The notes below the pieces were generated by a model that saw only the letters and a program-made list of their open reading frames with translations, did not search any database and was not told the origin of the DNA. The position numbers and the translations under genes are program-made. Shown here in pieces: positions 41,596 to 50,426 of a stretch of DNA of 64,000 nt. Every line of letters starts with the position of its first letter. Positions within the stretch are counted from its first letter, which is position 1. The DNA comes from Spirochaetota bacterium (GTDB lineage Bacteria; Spirochaetota; UBA12135; COTS27; CBDBHE01), in the NCBI GenBank assembly GCA_965205605.1, contig CBDBHE010000007.1:320001-384000 (forward strand). Reading direction: 5' to 3'.

Positions 41596-41683
41596 TAATT
41601 CAAATTCTTTCTTTTCTCTATTTTAGTTTTTTTTTTACTTTTTTGCGTTTTTTTTCAAATACGAACATGGTAACGTAAATAAA

Positions 41684-43675
41684 ATGACGCCAAAAGAAAC
41701 AAAAAAAAAATTTGACTTAAAAAATAATCAAGAAAAAAAGCTCTTACTAGCGATGAGCCTTTTAACAATCTTGTGTCTAATTTTTACTTTAAGTGCTTGG
41801 GTACTAGAAGCTACCTATGAAAAAACAGATGCTTTAAAACAAAATCTTATTTGGTTTTTTTATTGTTTTGCTTATATTTCAGGAGGGTATTATTCAGCTC
41901 AAGAAGTTTGGATCTCTTTAAGCAAAAAAAAAATTGATGTCAATTTACTGATGATCCTCTCCGCTTTAGGAGCGGCCTACATTGATGAGCTCAAAGAAGG
42001 AGCCACGTTAATGTTTCTTTTCAGCCTCTCTAATACCCTAGAGCATTACACTATCAATAAAACCAAAGAAGGCGTTCATGCTCTCTTAAAAATGACGCCA
42101 AAAACAGCGAGACTCCTCATTAAAAACAAAAGTAAAGTTATCGAAAAAGAAGTCCCTATTGAAAAGGTAAAAAAAAATGATGTGGTGATCATTAAAGCTG
42201 GAGAAATGATTTGTGTCGATGGGGTGATTCTTGAGGGTCTCTCGTTTATTGACGAATCAAGCATTACAGGTGAATCATTCCCGGTCAAAAAAAAAAAGCA
42301 AGACAACGTATTTGCCGGCACCATGAATCAAGAAGGAATGCTAAAAATTCAAGTTAATTTAGAAGCCAAAGATTTTATGATTGCTCAAATGATCAAGCTC
42401 GTCAAACAAGCAAGAAGTAAAAAAGCAAATGCCCAACATTTTACAGATCGTATTATTGGCCAGTATTACACTATCAGTGTCTTAGGACTCACTTTATGTG
42501 TGATACTAACAACATTTTTATTTTTAAAATGGGATTTTGAAAAAAGTTTTTACAGATCTATTATGTTTATGGTGGTTGCTTCTCCGTGTGCGTTAGTGAT
42601 TTCGATCCCTTCGGCGATTCTTTCTGCCTTAGCCAATGCCACCAAACAAGGAGTGCTTTTTAAAGGAGGAATGTATTTAGAAAAAACCGCTCAAATTACA
42701 AGCATTGCTCTTGATAAAACAGGCACTCTCACTAAAGGAAACCCAAGTGTTACTCGTCTTTTACCTCTTAATCGTCCTTATTTACAAAGCCTTTCTTTGT
42801 TACCAAAAACCTTTACCCATGCCTCTCTTTCTAAAGAAGAAGCCTTACTCTACTCTCTTTTTGGATCCATCGAACAATTTTCCACTCACCCTATTGCCAA
42901 ATGCATTACTAAGCAAACCAAAAAAAACGCCTTGCCTTTTTTAGAGGTCAAAGGCTTTAAATCCATCACTGGAAAAGGAGTGGAAGGTAGCATTGAAAAT
43001 AAACTCTTTCAAATTGGTAACCCCAAAGCCTTTTGCAAACTCACCCCTGCCTTAAAACAACAAATCAAAGACTTAGAAGAAAAAAATCAAACCGTCATTG
43101 TTCTTTCTCATCAAAAAATATCCCTTGGAATCTTAACGATTAGTGACCCGATTAGAGATGAAGCTAGTAAACTTATCACTGATCTTAAAAAAATAGGGAT
43201 TAAAAAAATTATTTTACTCACCGGAGACAATCATTCTGTCGCTCAAAACCTTGCAAAAACCCTTAAAATTGACGAGTTTTACGCTGAATGTTCTCCAAAA
43301 GATAAAATCAACAAAATCAAACAACTCAAAAAAAAAGGCTTCGTTGCCATGATAGGAGACGGCACTAATGATGCCCCTTCTTTATCAGCGGCTTCCATTG
43401 GCATCGCCATGGGTGTCGCCGGCACTGACATCGCCATTGAAAGTGCCGATATTTTACTCATGAAAGACAATTTAAACCTCATCCCTAAAATGATTACCCT
43501 TTCTAAAAAAACGACCCGTATTATCAAACAAAATATGACCTTCGCTTTTTTAGTGATGATTGCTTTAGTCATTCTTTCTTTTAGCGGGAATGTTAATCTA
43601 CCTTTAAGTGTTTTGGGTCACGAAGGTAGCACCATCTTAGTCATTTTAAACGCTCTAAGACTCCTTAAAAATTAA
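41684..43675 (+). CDS. Heavy-metal P1B-type ATPase, P1B-4 subclass
   Basis: TGES, SPC, DKTGT, GDGTNDAP and HEGST; SPC plus HEGST is the P1B-4 signature. Confidence 0.92.
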   Translation: MTPKETKKKFDLKNNQEKKLLLAMSLLTILCLIFTLSAWVLEATYEKTDALKQNLIWFFYCFAYISGGYYSAQEVWISLSKKKIDVNLLMILSALGAAYIDELKEGATLMFLFSLSNTLEHYTINKTKEGVHALLKMTPKTARLLIKNKSKVIEKEVPIEKVKKNDVVIIKAGEMICVDGVILEGLSFIDESSITGESFPVKKKKQDNVFAGTMNQEGMLKIQVNLEAKDFMIAQMIKLVKQARSKKANAQHFTDRIIGQYYTISVLGLTLCVILTTFLFLKWDFEKSFYRSIMFMVVASPCALVISIPSAILSALANATKQGVLFKGGMYLEKTAQITSIALDKTGTLTKGNPSVTRLLPLNRPYLQSLSLLPKTFTHASLSKEEALLYSLFGSIEQFSTHPIAKCITKQTKKNALPFLEVKGFKSITGKGVEGSIENKLFQIGNPKAFCKLTPALKQQIKDLEEKNQTVIVLSHQKISLGILTISDPIRDEASKLITDLKKIGIKKIILLTGDNHSVAQNLAKTLKIDEFYAECSPKDKINKIKQLKKKGFVAMIGDGTNDAPSLSAASIGIAMGVAGTDIAIESADILLMKDNLNLIPKMITLSKKTTRIIKQNMTFAFLVMIALVILSFSGNVNLPLSVLGHEGSTILVILNALRLLKN

Positions 43676-43960
43676 CCGATTTTTTTTAAAAAAAAACAAA
43701 GATAAAGAAGATGTAATAAAAAACTTTTGTCCTACCTTCCTCTATATAAAAGAAAAAAATGGAACAAAAGAGTTTTAAAATAGCATCCTCTTAAAAGAAT
43801 CAAAAAAAAAGTACTTCCTCCCAAGATACAACCTTGTATTTTTTCTAAAACATCATTCTTTTCTTCATATTTTAAACAAAAAAAAGATTTTTTCATTCTC
43901 TCTTAAGAAGAATAAAAAAGTAGCATTAAAAAATTCTTTGTACAAGGAGATTTTATGAAA

Positions 43961-44770
43961 TTACTTTTTTTCTTCTAAAAAAAACTTAGGAACCTGTATT
44001 TTTAAAAGAGATTTTGTTTTTTCAAAATAATTTCTTGCTTGCTCAAAGGTTTTTTTAAGGTGTGTTTGAGATCTACTCGTCATACTAACCATTGCCAAAT
44101 AAGGCTTATCAACAAAAGGGTACGAACCAATAACAACTCGCTGATTTTTTTCTTGAAGAACTTTTAAAAAAGAAGCAAAGATGGATTCATCAGTGGAGAG
44201 GTAGAGAAAAGCTCTAAAAAAAGATTGGAAAGAGGGTAAATAATCTAAAACTTGAGGAAGTTTTTTTTTAAGGGCCCGGGGCAACCCAGGCAAAATGATC
44301 ACCTTGTTAACGACCACTAAAGGCCAAGAAGAATCCTCGGATGAATAAACAAGTTTGGTATTAGCTGGTAAAGTACTCATTTTATCAGCGGCTTTGATGA
44401 CTTCTTGATCTAAAGGCAGTTTAGCTGTCTTTAAAAACAATTCTCGATAAGCGGGGAAGGATTTCATCGACACACCAAAAGCTTTGGCAATACCTTGGTA
44501 AGTCACATCATCGTGAGTAGGCCCTACTCCCCCGGTAGTAATCACATACTCATATTGCTTGATTAGTGAGTTAAGGGTACTGGCAATTAAAGAAACCTGA
44601 TCGCCTACTAAGCGCATTTGTCCAACAGAAAGCCCTTTATCATCAAGCGCTTTTAAAATCAAAAAACTATTGGTTTCTTGGATCTGAGCACTTAAGAGTT
44701 CATCACCTATGATTAAAATAGCAATCATTTCATTAACTTTTTTTCTATTTTTTAACATGAGTTTAGTCAT
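43961..44770 (-). CDS. CinA N-terminal-like / molybdopterin-binding-fold protein
   Basis: IIGDELL, TTGGVGPTHDDVT, LPGLP and IGSYP motifs. Confidence 0.88.
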   Translation of the reverse strand: MTKLMLKNRKKVNEMIAILIIGDELLSAQIQETNSFLILKALDDKGLSVGQMRLVGDQVSLIASTLNSLIKQYEYVITTGGVGPTHDDVTYQGIAKAFGVSMKSFPAYRELFLKTAKLPLDQEVIKAADKMSTLPANTKLVYSSEDSSWPLVVVNKVIILPGLPRALKKKLPQVLDYLPSFQSFFRAFLYLSTDESIFASFLKVLQEKNQRVVIGSYPFVDKPYLAMVSMTSRSQTHLKKTFEQARNYFEKTKSLLKIQVPKFFLEEKK

Positions 44771-44848
44771 TTTTTAATCTAAACCTTCAAAAGAAAAAAC
44801 TAAAGAATATAAAAAGTTTGCCAATAAATATAAAAAGGTCTTTTTTTT

Positions 44849-45232
44849 ATGACTTATAAAGTATACCTTCTAAAACAATGCGGGACTTGTAAAAAAGCCA
44901 TTCGTTTTTTAGAAGCTCATCAAATCAATTATCAAACTCTTGCTATTAGACAAACCCCTCCAAACGAAGAAGAGCTTTCAGTTGCTTATCAAACGTATTG
45001 GCCTCAAATTAAAAAAATCATCAACACCTCGAGTATTGATTATCGTAGCAGTTCATTAAAAGACACGATCTTGGGAATGAAAAAAAAAGATTTAATCACA
45101 CTACTAAAAAACAATGGCAATTTGATCAAACGTCCTTTTGTCGTTGTCGTTGGTAAAAAAAAAGTGCTGGTCGGATTTAAAGAAGAGATTTGGAGAGATT
45201 TTTTTCTAAAAAACACCCAAGAAATTGACTAA
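44849..45232 (+). CDS. ArsC/Spx (YffB-like) family protein
   Basis: CGTCKKA, LIKRPF and VGFKEE.W motifs. Confidence 0.88.
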   Translation: MTYKVYLLKQCGTCKKAIRFLEAHQINYQTLAIRQTPPNEEELSVAYQTYWPQIKKIINTSSIDYRSSSLKDTILGMKKKDLITLLKNNGNLIKRPFVVVVGKKKVLVGFKEEIWRDFFLKNTQEID

Positions 45233-45264
45233 TCTTTTAATAGGAGTTAGAAAAGTAAATAAAA

Positions 45265-47100
45265 ATGAAAAAAAAATCTAGAATCATCATAACGTGTTGT
45301 TGGGTTTTAAGCTTGCTAATAGGGGGACTTTTAAACGCATCACTTTGGAGTCAAAATTGGCCTATTTATAAAGGGAATGTTTTTTTTACAGGTAACAATG
45401 ATGCCATTAGCCCAATAGGAAAAGACATTGTTTGGAAAGTAAAAACAGATGGCATGGCCAATAGCCCTATTGTTTCAGAAGGGAGAGTTTATTTTTCTAC
45501 CAGAGGGGGATTTTTATATGCCGCCAAAGAATCAAGTGGAAAAGTGATTTTTAAAACAAAACTGTATTCATCTGCTTTTAGGCCTTTAGTGCTATCGGGA
45601 GAATATTTAATTGCTTCTGATTTTCAATGGCTTTACTGTTTTGATAAAAAAACAGGTCAAATTATTTGGGCAAGAAAAGATAAAGATCATGGTCTCTACG
45701 CTTCTCCTACGATTTACAATCAAAACATTTATTACGGCAGTCGCAAGCAATTTTTTGCCAAAAACATCCAAAATGGACACGAGCTTTGGAGTCAAAAAAA
45801 AATTACTTCGTGGGGGGGATTTCCATATATTTATGGGGATAAGCTGATTTATTTGTCTAAAAACATTCAAAGCAAAAAAAATAATTTGTTTTTTTTAAAA
45901 ACAAGCACCGGAAAGATTTTATGGGAAAAACCACTGCCGTACGCGATTAAGATTATTTCTCCTGTGGTGTATCAAAAAAGGATTTATGCCGTCATTGCTT
46001 CCAATTGTTTTCAACTAGACAGTCAAACGGGAGATATTTTAACACAACAAGATTATGAAGATTATATTATAGGACAAGTTGCTTTTTCAGAAAAAAACAT
46101 TATTTTACCAATGCGTAATGGCAATTTAGCGATTTCAGATGTTTTTTCTCTTAAAAGACAAAAAACGATCAAAACGGGTTTTTCAAGTGCCCCTCATTTT
46201 ATTTTAATTGGAAACGAAATCTACACAGCAGGGATCATTAAAACAAAAGAAGGAAACTTAAACTATATTAAAGGATTTGATTTTAAAACAGGTGAGATGA
46301 TTTATCAGTTAAGCATCCCTAAAAAAAAGTCAATATCGGGCTTAATTGCTTCTAACGGACGACTTTTTGTTTCAACAGAAGACTCTGTTTTGGCCATTGG
46401 CAAAAACAACAAAATCATTGTGGACGCCAAGCCCCCTCTAAACAAACAAAAAAAAGATATGGATGGGGATGGAAAAGTGAAAATCATCCTTGTTTTAAAA
46501 GACCAAAAAACAGGAGAAAATCTTTCGGGAAAGTTTGAAATCCTCACTCGAAATCAAAACGGAGAAGTGATTGACAAGCAAACACTTGATTTTAAAAAAG
46601 AAGAGCAATCAAAAGTAATTTCTGTTCCTGAAAATGGGACGACAGAAATCATTGGTTCTTCAGATGATTATCTCGCCAATAAAACCGTTTTAAATGAAAA
46701 ACAAAAAAAACAAAAAACAGAAAAAAAAGGTAAAGTCAATCTTGGAAAAATAAAAGATGGACAAATTATCCAAGTCAACCACATTGGTTTTGCTTACAAT
46801 AAAAGTACTTTAACCACGCAGTCGTTTAATATTTTAAATAAAATTAAAGATTCTCTTTTGCAAAAACCCCATTTAAAAATCGAGATTGTAGGACATACCG
46901 ATAACATCGGAAGTGAAAATTACAACTTAAAATTATCTGAAAATCGCGCTGATACCGTCAAAGAATATCTCGTCAAACAAGGAATCTTTCAAGAACGTAT
47001 TATCACCAAAGGCTACGGAGAATCTAAACCTATCGCCAGTAACAATTTAGAAGAAGGAAGAGAAAAAAATAGACGCACTGAGTTTCGTATTTTTAAATAA
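45265..47100 (+). CDS. PQQ-like beta-propeller fused to an OmpA-like peptidoglycan-binding domain
   Basis: Signal peptide; repeated A/D..TG..IW motifs; GHTDNIG...N.KLSENRA and NRRTEF. Confidence 0.88.
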   Translation: MKKKSRIIITCCWVLSLLIGGLLNASLWSQNWPIYKGNVFFTGNNDAISPIGKDIVWKVKTDGMANSPIVSEGRVYFSTRGGFLYAAKESSGKVIFKTKLYSSAFRPLVLSGEYLIASDFQWLYCFDKKTGQIIWARKDKDHGLYASPTIYNQNIYYGSRKQFFAKNIQNGHELWSQKKITSWGGFPYIYGDKLIYLSKNIQSKKNNLFFLKTSTGKILWEKPLPYAIKIISPVVYQKRIYAVIASNCFQLDSQTGDILTQQDYEDYIIGQVAFSEKNIILPMRNGNLAISDVFSLKRQKTIKTGFSSAPHFILIGNEIYTAGIIKTKEGNLNYIKGFDFKTGEMIYQLSIPKKKSISGLIASNGRLFVSTEDSVLAIGKNNKIIVDAKPPLNKQKKDMDGDGKVKIILVLKDQKTGENLSGKFEILTRNQNGEVIDKQTLDFKKEEQSKVISVPENGTTEIIGSSDDYLANKTVLNEKQKKQKTEKKGKVNLGKIKDGQIIQVNHIGFAYNKSTLTTQSFNILNKIKDSLLQKPHLKIEIVGHTDNIGSENYNLKLSENRADTVKEYLVKQGIFQERIITKGYGESKPIASNNLEEGREKNRRTEFRIFK

Positions 47101-47120
47101 ATTGACAAAGAATTAAAGGT

Positions 47121-47585
47121 ATGGTTTTATTAAAGAAAATTTTTTTTAATAAACAAGAGTCATTTAGCGTGAATTTATTTTTTATCTTCCAAATCAGTTT
47201 TCTTTTTTTTCATTTAATTTTTGCAGGAATCTATTTAGGTAGTTTAATTTTTGTACAAAGACAAGTCAAAGACAAAAAATTTTTGGACTTGATTAAAAAA
47301 AGCAAATCTTTTTTTAATTGGATGACTGTTTTATTACTTGTAAGTGGAGTCGGTCTTTTTTTCAGTCGATTTTCACAGATTATTTTTTCTAAACAAAAAA
47401 TAGGCCCTGCGTTGCACATTATTGAGTTTAAGCTTTTATTATTACTAGGGATTGGAGCGGTAAGTGGAATTTATAGCCGTAAAGTGAAAAAAGGCGACTT
47501 AAAATACCTTGGTTTATTTAGATGGATCAATGTTTTACTCCTTTGTCTAGGGATGCTTAGCGGGATTTTACTTCGCTATTATTAA
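47121..47585 (+). CDS. Hypothetical 4-TM membrane protein (CopD-like pattern)
   Basis: FFHLIFAGIYLGSLIF, LLLVSG and KLLL helices. Confidence 0.55.
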   Translation: MVLLKKIFFNKQESFSVNLFFIFQISFLFFHLIFAGIYLGSLIFVQRQVKDKKFLDLIKKSKSFFNWMTVLLLVSGVGLFFSRFSQIIFSKQKIGPALHIIEFKLLLLLGIGAVSGIYSRKVKKGDLKYLGLFRWINVLLLCLGMLSGILLRYY

Positions 47586-47640
47586 TTTTTATTAATTTTT
47601 TTTTCTTCTCAAAAAGAAGTTTTATTTTTAATTTTTGTTT

Positions 47641-48639
47641 TCATTTTTTAAAATGATCAAACCCTCCAAGCTTTTTTTCGTCTAAAACATTAAAGCGTCC
47701 ATCAGGAAAAACGAGAATGACTTCTTTAGTATCATGGAGGATTTCACCGATTTCATAACCAAAAGACTTGTCAGCATACTTGCTAGAGGTGGTGTATAAA
47801 AGCTCATAATCTTCTCCTCCGTAAAGAGCCATATGAGTGGGGGTGGGATTTTGTTTAAGTTTTTTAGCCGCTTTGACAAGCAGGGGACTAATGGGAAGTT
47901 TGTTTAGAAAAATTTTGGCTCCTTTATTGCTTTGTTTACAAAGATGGGCCAAGTCTCCTAAGAGTCCATCAGAAATATCAATGAGAGCATTGGCATAAGG
48001 CAAAACTTGGTTTAAAATATCAAACCTTGCTTTAGGTTTTTTTTGAGCGGCTTTAAGGGAAGCAAAACCTTTAATATTTTCAGTCAAGAGCAGTAAACCA
48101 CATTTAGCATTTCCAAGTGAACCGGTGACTTTAATACGGTCATGGGCTTTTGCTTGAGAACGAAGAAAGGTTCTTGAGGTCAATTTTTTACCAATAAGAG
48201 TGATAGAAATATGGATTTTATCAGAAAGGGTTGTATCCCCTCCTAAAATATCAAAAGCATATTGCTTACAACTGACTCTAATTCCTTGATACAAGCTTTT
48301 GACCCACTGTACAGAGGTGTGTTTGCTTATCGCCAAAGAGACCAAAGCGTATAAAGGCCATGCTCCCATAGCGGCTAAATCAGAAAGATTGGTTTGGATG
48401 GCTTTGATGCCAACTTCTTTAGGGGTAAAGGTTTTTACAGAAAAATGTCTATCTTCAACGAGCATGTCTGTGACTAAAACGTAGGGTCCTTCTTTAAAAT
48501 TGACAATGGCCCCATCATCGCCAATCCCTTTAATGACTTGGGGATTGGTTGATTTTTGAGTAATGAGATCAATGAGTTTAAACTCACCCCCCAGTTGTTC
48601 AATCGTTTTAAGCTTTTGTTTTTTTTTTTTCATTAGCAC
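47641..48639 (-). CDS. thiL: Thiamine-monophosphate kinase
   Basis: GIGDDGA, NLSDLAAMGA, GGDT, DISDGL and GGEDYEL motifs. Confidence 0.95.
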   Translation of the reverse strand: MLMKKKKQKLKTIEQLGGEFKLIDLITQKSTNPQVIKGIGDDGAIVNFKEGPYVLVTDMLVEDRHFSVKTFTPKEVGIKAIQTNLSDLAAMGAWPLYALVSLAISKHTSVQWVKSLYQGIRVSCKQYAFDILGGDTTLSDKIHISITLIGKKLTSRTFLRSQAKAHDRIKVTGSLGNAKCGLLLLTENIKGFASLKAAQKKPKARFDILNQVLPYANALIDISDGLLGDLAHLCKQSNKGAKIFLNKLPISPLLVKAAKKLKQNPTPTHMALYGGEDYELLYTTSSKYADKSFGYEIGEILHDTKEVILVFPDGRFNVLDEKKLGGFDHFKK

Positions 48640-48715
48640 GTTTATTTTTATAAAAAATTTTTTTTTTCTACTTTATTTAAAATCACTAACGGAGTATGGT
48701 ATATTTTTTTAAAAG

Positions 48716-49762
48716 ATGCGTTTAAATTATTTTTCAAAGTTGAAACTATTTTATCAAAAAAATAAATATGTTTTTAAGATTTTACTAATTTTTTTATTTT
48801 TTCTTCTTCTATGGATAAAAATTGATTTTTCAAAAATTACAGCGATTAAAATGGAATGGTTGGTGTATGGGCTCATTATGGTGCTTATCAGTCATGGGTT
48901 TGGCAACTTGTCGTGGTATTTTATTTTAAATGCTCTTAGAAAAAAGGCACCGATGAGAAAAAAGGCACCGATGATTTCTTTTAAAAAAATGATTATCCCC
49001 TATTGGTTGGGACTTTTTTTTAATAATTTTATGCCAACGAGTATTGGAGGGGATGTGATCAAAGGATTTTCGATACATCGAGTGTTAAAAAACCCATTAA
49101 AGATTACGCTTTCGATTGGGATAGATCGTTTGTTTGGGGTGGTGATTTTAATGGGGATTGGGATTCATAGTTGGCTATTATTTTTTTACAAGGGAAAGGT
49201 TTTGTTGTTATTTTGTATCGCCGAAGGGATGATAATTGGGTTATTATTTTTATTTTCAAAACATTTTTTTTGGATTTTAAAAAAAGGGTTTAAGTCGTTT
49301 GATTGGTTTGAAGATAAACGTCAATTGATCTTAAAAATCACTTCATCTTTAAAAGAGATATATAAGCAAAAGAAATTGTTTTTACTCATGACCTGTGGGA
49401 TGGTGTTGTCTCAATTGTTCAAGATTTTAATGAATGGATGTATTGTTTTAGGACTTGAGAAGAGAGGCAGTAGCCTCTTACCAGCAGAATATGTTTTTTT
49501 TCTTGTCCCTATTTATGGGATTTTGGCATTGATTAGTTTAACGCCCGGGGGACTAGGAGTTAAGGAATATTTATGTGTGTTATTATTTAAAAACGTTCCC
49601 TTTTTAATCCAAGGAGAAGACAGGGGAAGCTTTTCTGAAAGTTATATTGTCGAAATTACATTATTAAGTTTACTCAGTCATTTATTAGTGATGATTTCGA
49701 GTTTAGGAGGGGGGATTTTTTTTTTATTTGAAAAAAAAACCTTAAAAAGCACTTTTAGCTAA
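48716..49762 (+). CDS. Lysylphosphatidylglycerol synthase TM-domain (UPF0104) flippase-like protein
   Basis: GLFFNNFMPTSIGGD, DRLFG and TPGGLGVKE motifs; 18-bp internal duplication (RKKAPM x2). Confidence 0.85.
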   Translation: MRLNYFSKLKLFYQKNKYVFKILLIFLFFLLLWIKIDFSKITAIKMEWLVYGLIMVLISHGFGNLSWYFILNALRKKAPMRKKAPMISFKKMIIPYWLGLFFNNFMPTSIGGDVIKGFSIHRVLKNPLKITLSIGIDRLFGVVILMGIGIHSWLLFFYKGKVLLLFCIAEGMIIGLLFLFSKHFFWILKKGFKSFDWFEDKRQLILKITSSLKEIYKQKKLFLLMTCGMVLSQLFKILMNGCIVLGLEKRGSSLLPAEYVFFLVPIYGILALISLTPGGLGVKEYLCVLLFKNVPFLIQGEDRGSFSESYIVEITLLSLLSHLLVMISSLGGGIFFLFEKKTLKSTFS

Positions 49763-50326
49763 AGCATCAACATAATCATTCCACTTATTATGAGAATGAG
49801 CTTTAACTTTTTCAAAATGATAGTTAATAGGACGAGAGTGAAGAAATAAGACATAGTCTTTTGCGATTTGGCTTTTGGCTTTCCAAGTCCCATCAGCCCA
49901 CCTAGCGATGCCTTCATAATCGTGGACTAAAGTGACATGGTGGTGATGTTTTTGAGCCCAGAGGATAGCTTGCTTTACGGCTTCAAGTTCGCCGTCGATA
50001 TTACGACTAAGGGCATTGTGGAGAGTTAATCCTTTATCAAAAGCAAGAATGCCTTCAAGTGTGGTTGCTACCCATGCCCAAGCTGATTTTTTACAAAGGC
50101 CATTAAATGACCCATCGACATAGATTCGAATAGAAGTTTTTGTTTTATTTTTTGTAAAAAAAGGCTTTGAAAGAATGTTTAAATAATTTTGAGCTTCTTT
50201 TTTATTAGTAAAGGCTCGATATTTAACATTTGAAACTCCTTTGATGATGGATTGACACTCTGACCAGCTGTCTAAAAGATGTGTTTTTTCAGCAGAAATA
50301 AAAATAGCGTAATACTTTTTAGGCAT
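49742..50326 (-). CDS. rnhA: Ribonuclease HI with N-terminal viroplasmin-like hybrid-binding domain
   Basis: KYYA...WSEC...KG..YRAF; YVDGS, GELEA, HDYEGI and KVKAHS...NDYVD.LAK motifs. Confidence 0.88.
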   Translation of the reverse strand: MPKKYYAIFISAEKTHLLDSWSECQSIIKGVSNVKYRAFTNKKEAQNYLNILSKPFFTKNKTKTSIRIYVDGSFNGLCKKSAWAWVATTLEGILAFDKGLTLHNALSRNIDGELEAVKQAILWAQKHHHHVTLVHDYEGIARWADGTWKAKSQIAKDYVLFLHSRPINYHFEKVKAHSHNKWNDYVDALAKSAF

Positions 50327-50426
50327 TTTTTTTTTATTTTAAAATGTTCTTAAAAATATTTATATAATGCTAAACTTTGAAACTTAAAATAAAGATTTAT
50401 AAAAAAAACTATTATAACTGTTATTT

